Below are positions 63,070 through 64,000 of a stretch of DNA of 64,000 bases, in pieces. Each line of letters begins with the position of its first letter. Position 1 is the stretch's first letter. The stretch comes from an uncultured Gemmatimonadales bacterium (GTDB taxonomy: Bacteria; Gemmatimonadota; Gemmatimonadetes; Longimicrobiales; RSA9): positions 160,001-224,000 of the forward strand of contig CAWCRS010000009.1 in the NCBI GenBank assembly GCA_963798085.1, in the 5' to 3' direction. The position numbers and the translations under genes were made by a program. The notes below the pieces were generated by a model. The model searched no databases. It saw nothing but the letters and a program-made list of their open reading frames with translations, and was not told the DNA's origin.

Positions 63070-63098
63070 TTGCGCCGCCCGCCACGATGCGCCACAAT
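63070..63098 (+). promoter_or_regulatory. Candidate sigma70-type promoter of the padR-ADOP operon
   Basis: ttgcgc-17 bp-cacaat, about 40 bp upstream of the padR start. Confidence 0.35.
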
Positions 63099-63137
63099 GC
63101 TCACTCCATTAGATCGGTATAGGGAAGAAGAAACGAC

Positions 63138-63494
63138 GTGTTCTCGAAAGACGCCGCACTGCTCCAGGGCACCGTCGAGCTGCTCGTGCTCAAGCGCCTG
63201 TCATGGGGGCCCATGCACGGCTACGGCATTGCCAGCTGGATCGAGACCGCGACCGATGATGCGCTCCGCGTCGAGGAAGGCTCGCTCTATCCCGCGCTCT
63301 ATCGCATGACGCGCAAGGGCTGGATCAAGGGCGAGTGGGGCGTCTCGGACAACAACCGGCGCGCGAAGTTCTATCGGCTGACCAGAGCGGGGCGGCGTCA
63401 GTTCGAGGAGCAGGCGACCGGCTGGCGCCGGCTGACGGAGGCCGTCAACCGCGCCGTCACGTCCACCGATCTGCCCGACGGAGCGCGTGTCTGA
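63138..63494 (+). CDS. PadR family transcriptional regulator (Acidobacterial-type)
   Basis: LLQGTVELLVLK...MHGYGIA...EEGSLYPALYR...WGVSDNNRRAKFYRLT. Confidence 0.95.
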   Translation: MFSKDAALLQGTVELLVLKRLSWGPMHGYGIASWIETATDDALRVEEGSLYPALYRMTRKGWIKGEWGVSDNNRRAKFYRLTRAGRRQFEEQATGWRRLTEAVNRAVTSTDLPDGARV

Positions 63495-64000
63495 TGGCGC
63501 AGCACTGGCGGCGCTGGCGCAGCGTGTTCCAGCGGAACCCCAATGCGGAGCTGGATGAGGAGCTGCGCTTCCACATCGAGCAGCGCACACGCGATTACAT
63601 GGCGCGCGGCATGGATGCAGACTCCGCGCGCCGCGCGGCGCTCGAGCGCCTGGGCGATCTGGAGCGCGTGCGCGGTGCGTGCACGTCGCTGCTCGCCGCC
63701 GAACGACGCAGCGAGGCGAGGCGGTGGTGGCTGAACCTCTCGTGGCTGGATGTGAAGCTGGGCGTGCGCATGCTCGCGAAGTATCCGGTCCTTTCCCTCG
63801 TGTCCGTGGTGGGGATGGCGGTCGCGATTGCGATCGGCGCGGGCTATTTCGCGGCCATCGGCGCCATGCTCGATACCCGCCTGCCGTTCCCTGACGGCGA
63901 CCGTATTGTCGGCGTCCGCGACCCGACCCGTCCGCTCGATCACCGTCAGGACCTCGAGACGGTGCAGGACTTCCTGGTCTGGCGCGATGCATTGAAATCG
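63494..64000 (+). CDS. ADOP-family ABC permease, N-terminal part (runs off window)
   Basis: My translation from ATG 63494: ...ELDEELRFHIEQRTRDYMARGM...LERLGD...SWLDVKLGVRMLAKYP. Confidence 0.88.
   Translation, partial: MAQHWRRWRSVFQRNPNAELDEELRFHIEQRTRDYMARGMDADSARRAALERLGDLERVRGACTSLLAAERRSEARRWWLNLSWLDVKLGVRMLAKYPVLSLVSVVGMAVAIAIGAGYFAAIGAMLDTRLPFPDGDRIVGVRDPTRPLDHRQDLETVQDFLVWRDALKS

Overview
GC-rich bacterial chromosomal window, dense with genes. Three PadR regulators (two paired with ADOP/MacB-type duplicated permeases), a Ser/Thr kinase-TolB-like-TPR protein, a LytS/LytTR pair, DinB proteins and IorAB-type Mo enzymes suggest Gemmatimonadota or a similar lineage (inference). Many genes carry single-base frameshifts, often in short homopolymers, most consistent with long-read error. 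Main blocks: a BMP-type nucleoside ABC transporter (2.0-6.7 kb); S8 protease and transporters (9-14 kb); a coproporphyrin-dependent heme operon hemA-C-D-B-Q-E-H-Y (14-22.4 kb); malic enzyme preceded by a repeat/hairpin-rich intergenic region; a glycosyltransferase/flippase locus running into a three-gene module headed by a TIR-transmembrane-Ig-like protein (27.8-36 kb); PadR/ADOP pairs; and two Mo-oxidoreductase loci. The most striking feature is a tightly packed 11-gene operon (42.1-50.9 kb). It combines a complete polyketide beta-branching cassette (HMG-CoA-synthase-like, ECH1, ECH2, PksF-like KS, ACP) with discrete type II FAS enzymes (FabG-, FabL-, FabZ-, FabD-like, PPTase). No modular PKS is present in the window, there is one ACP, and the KS keeps its catalytic Cys. 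It is a candidate stand-alone ACP-bound pathway to methyl-branched or isoprenoid-like acyl chains. No rRNA, tRNA, CRISPR array or transposase was recognised.
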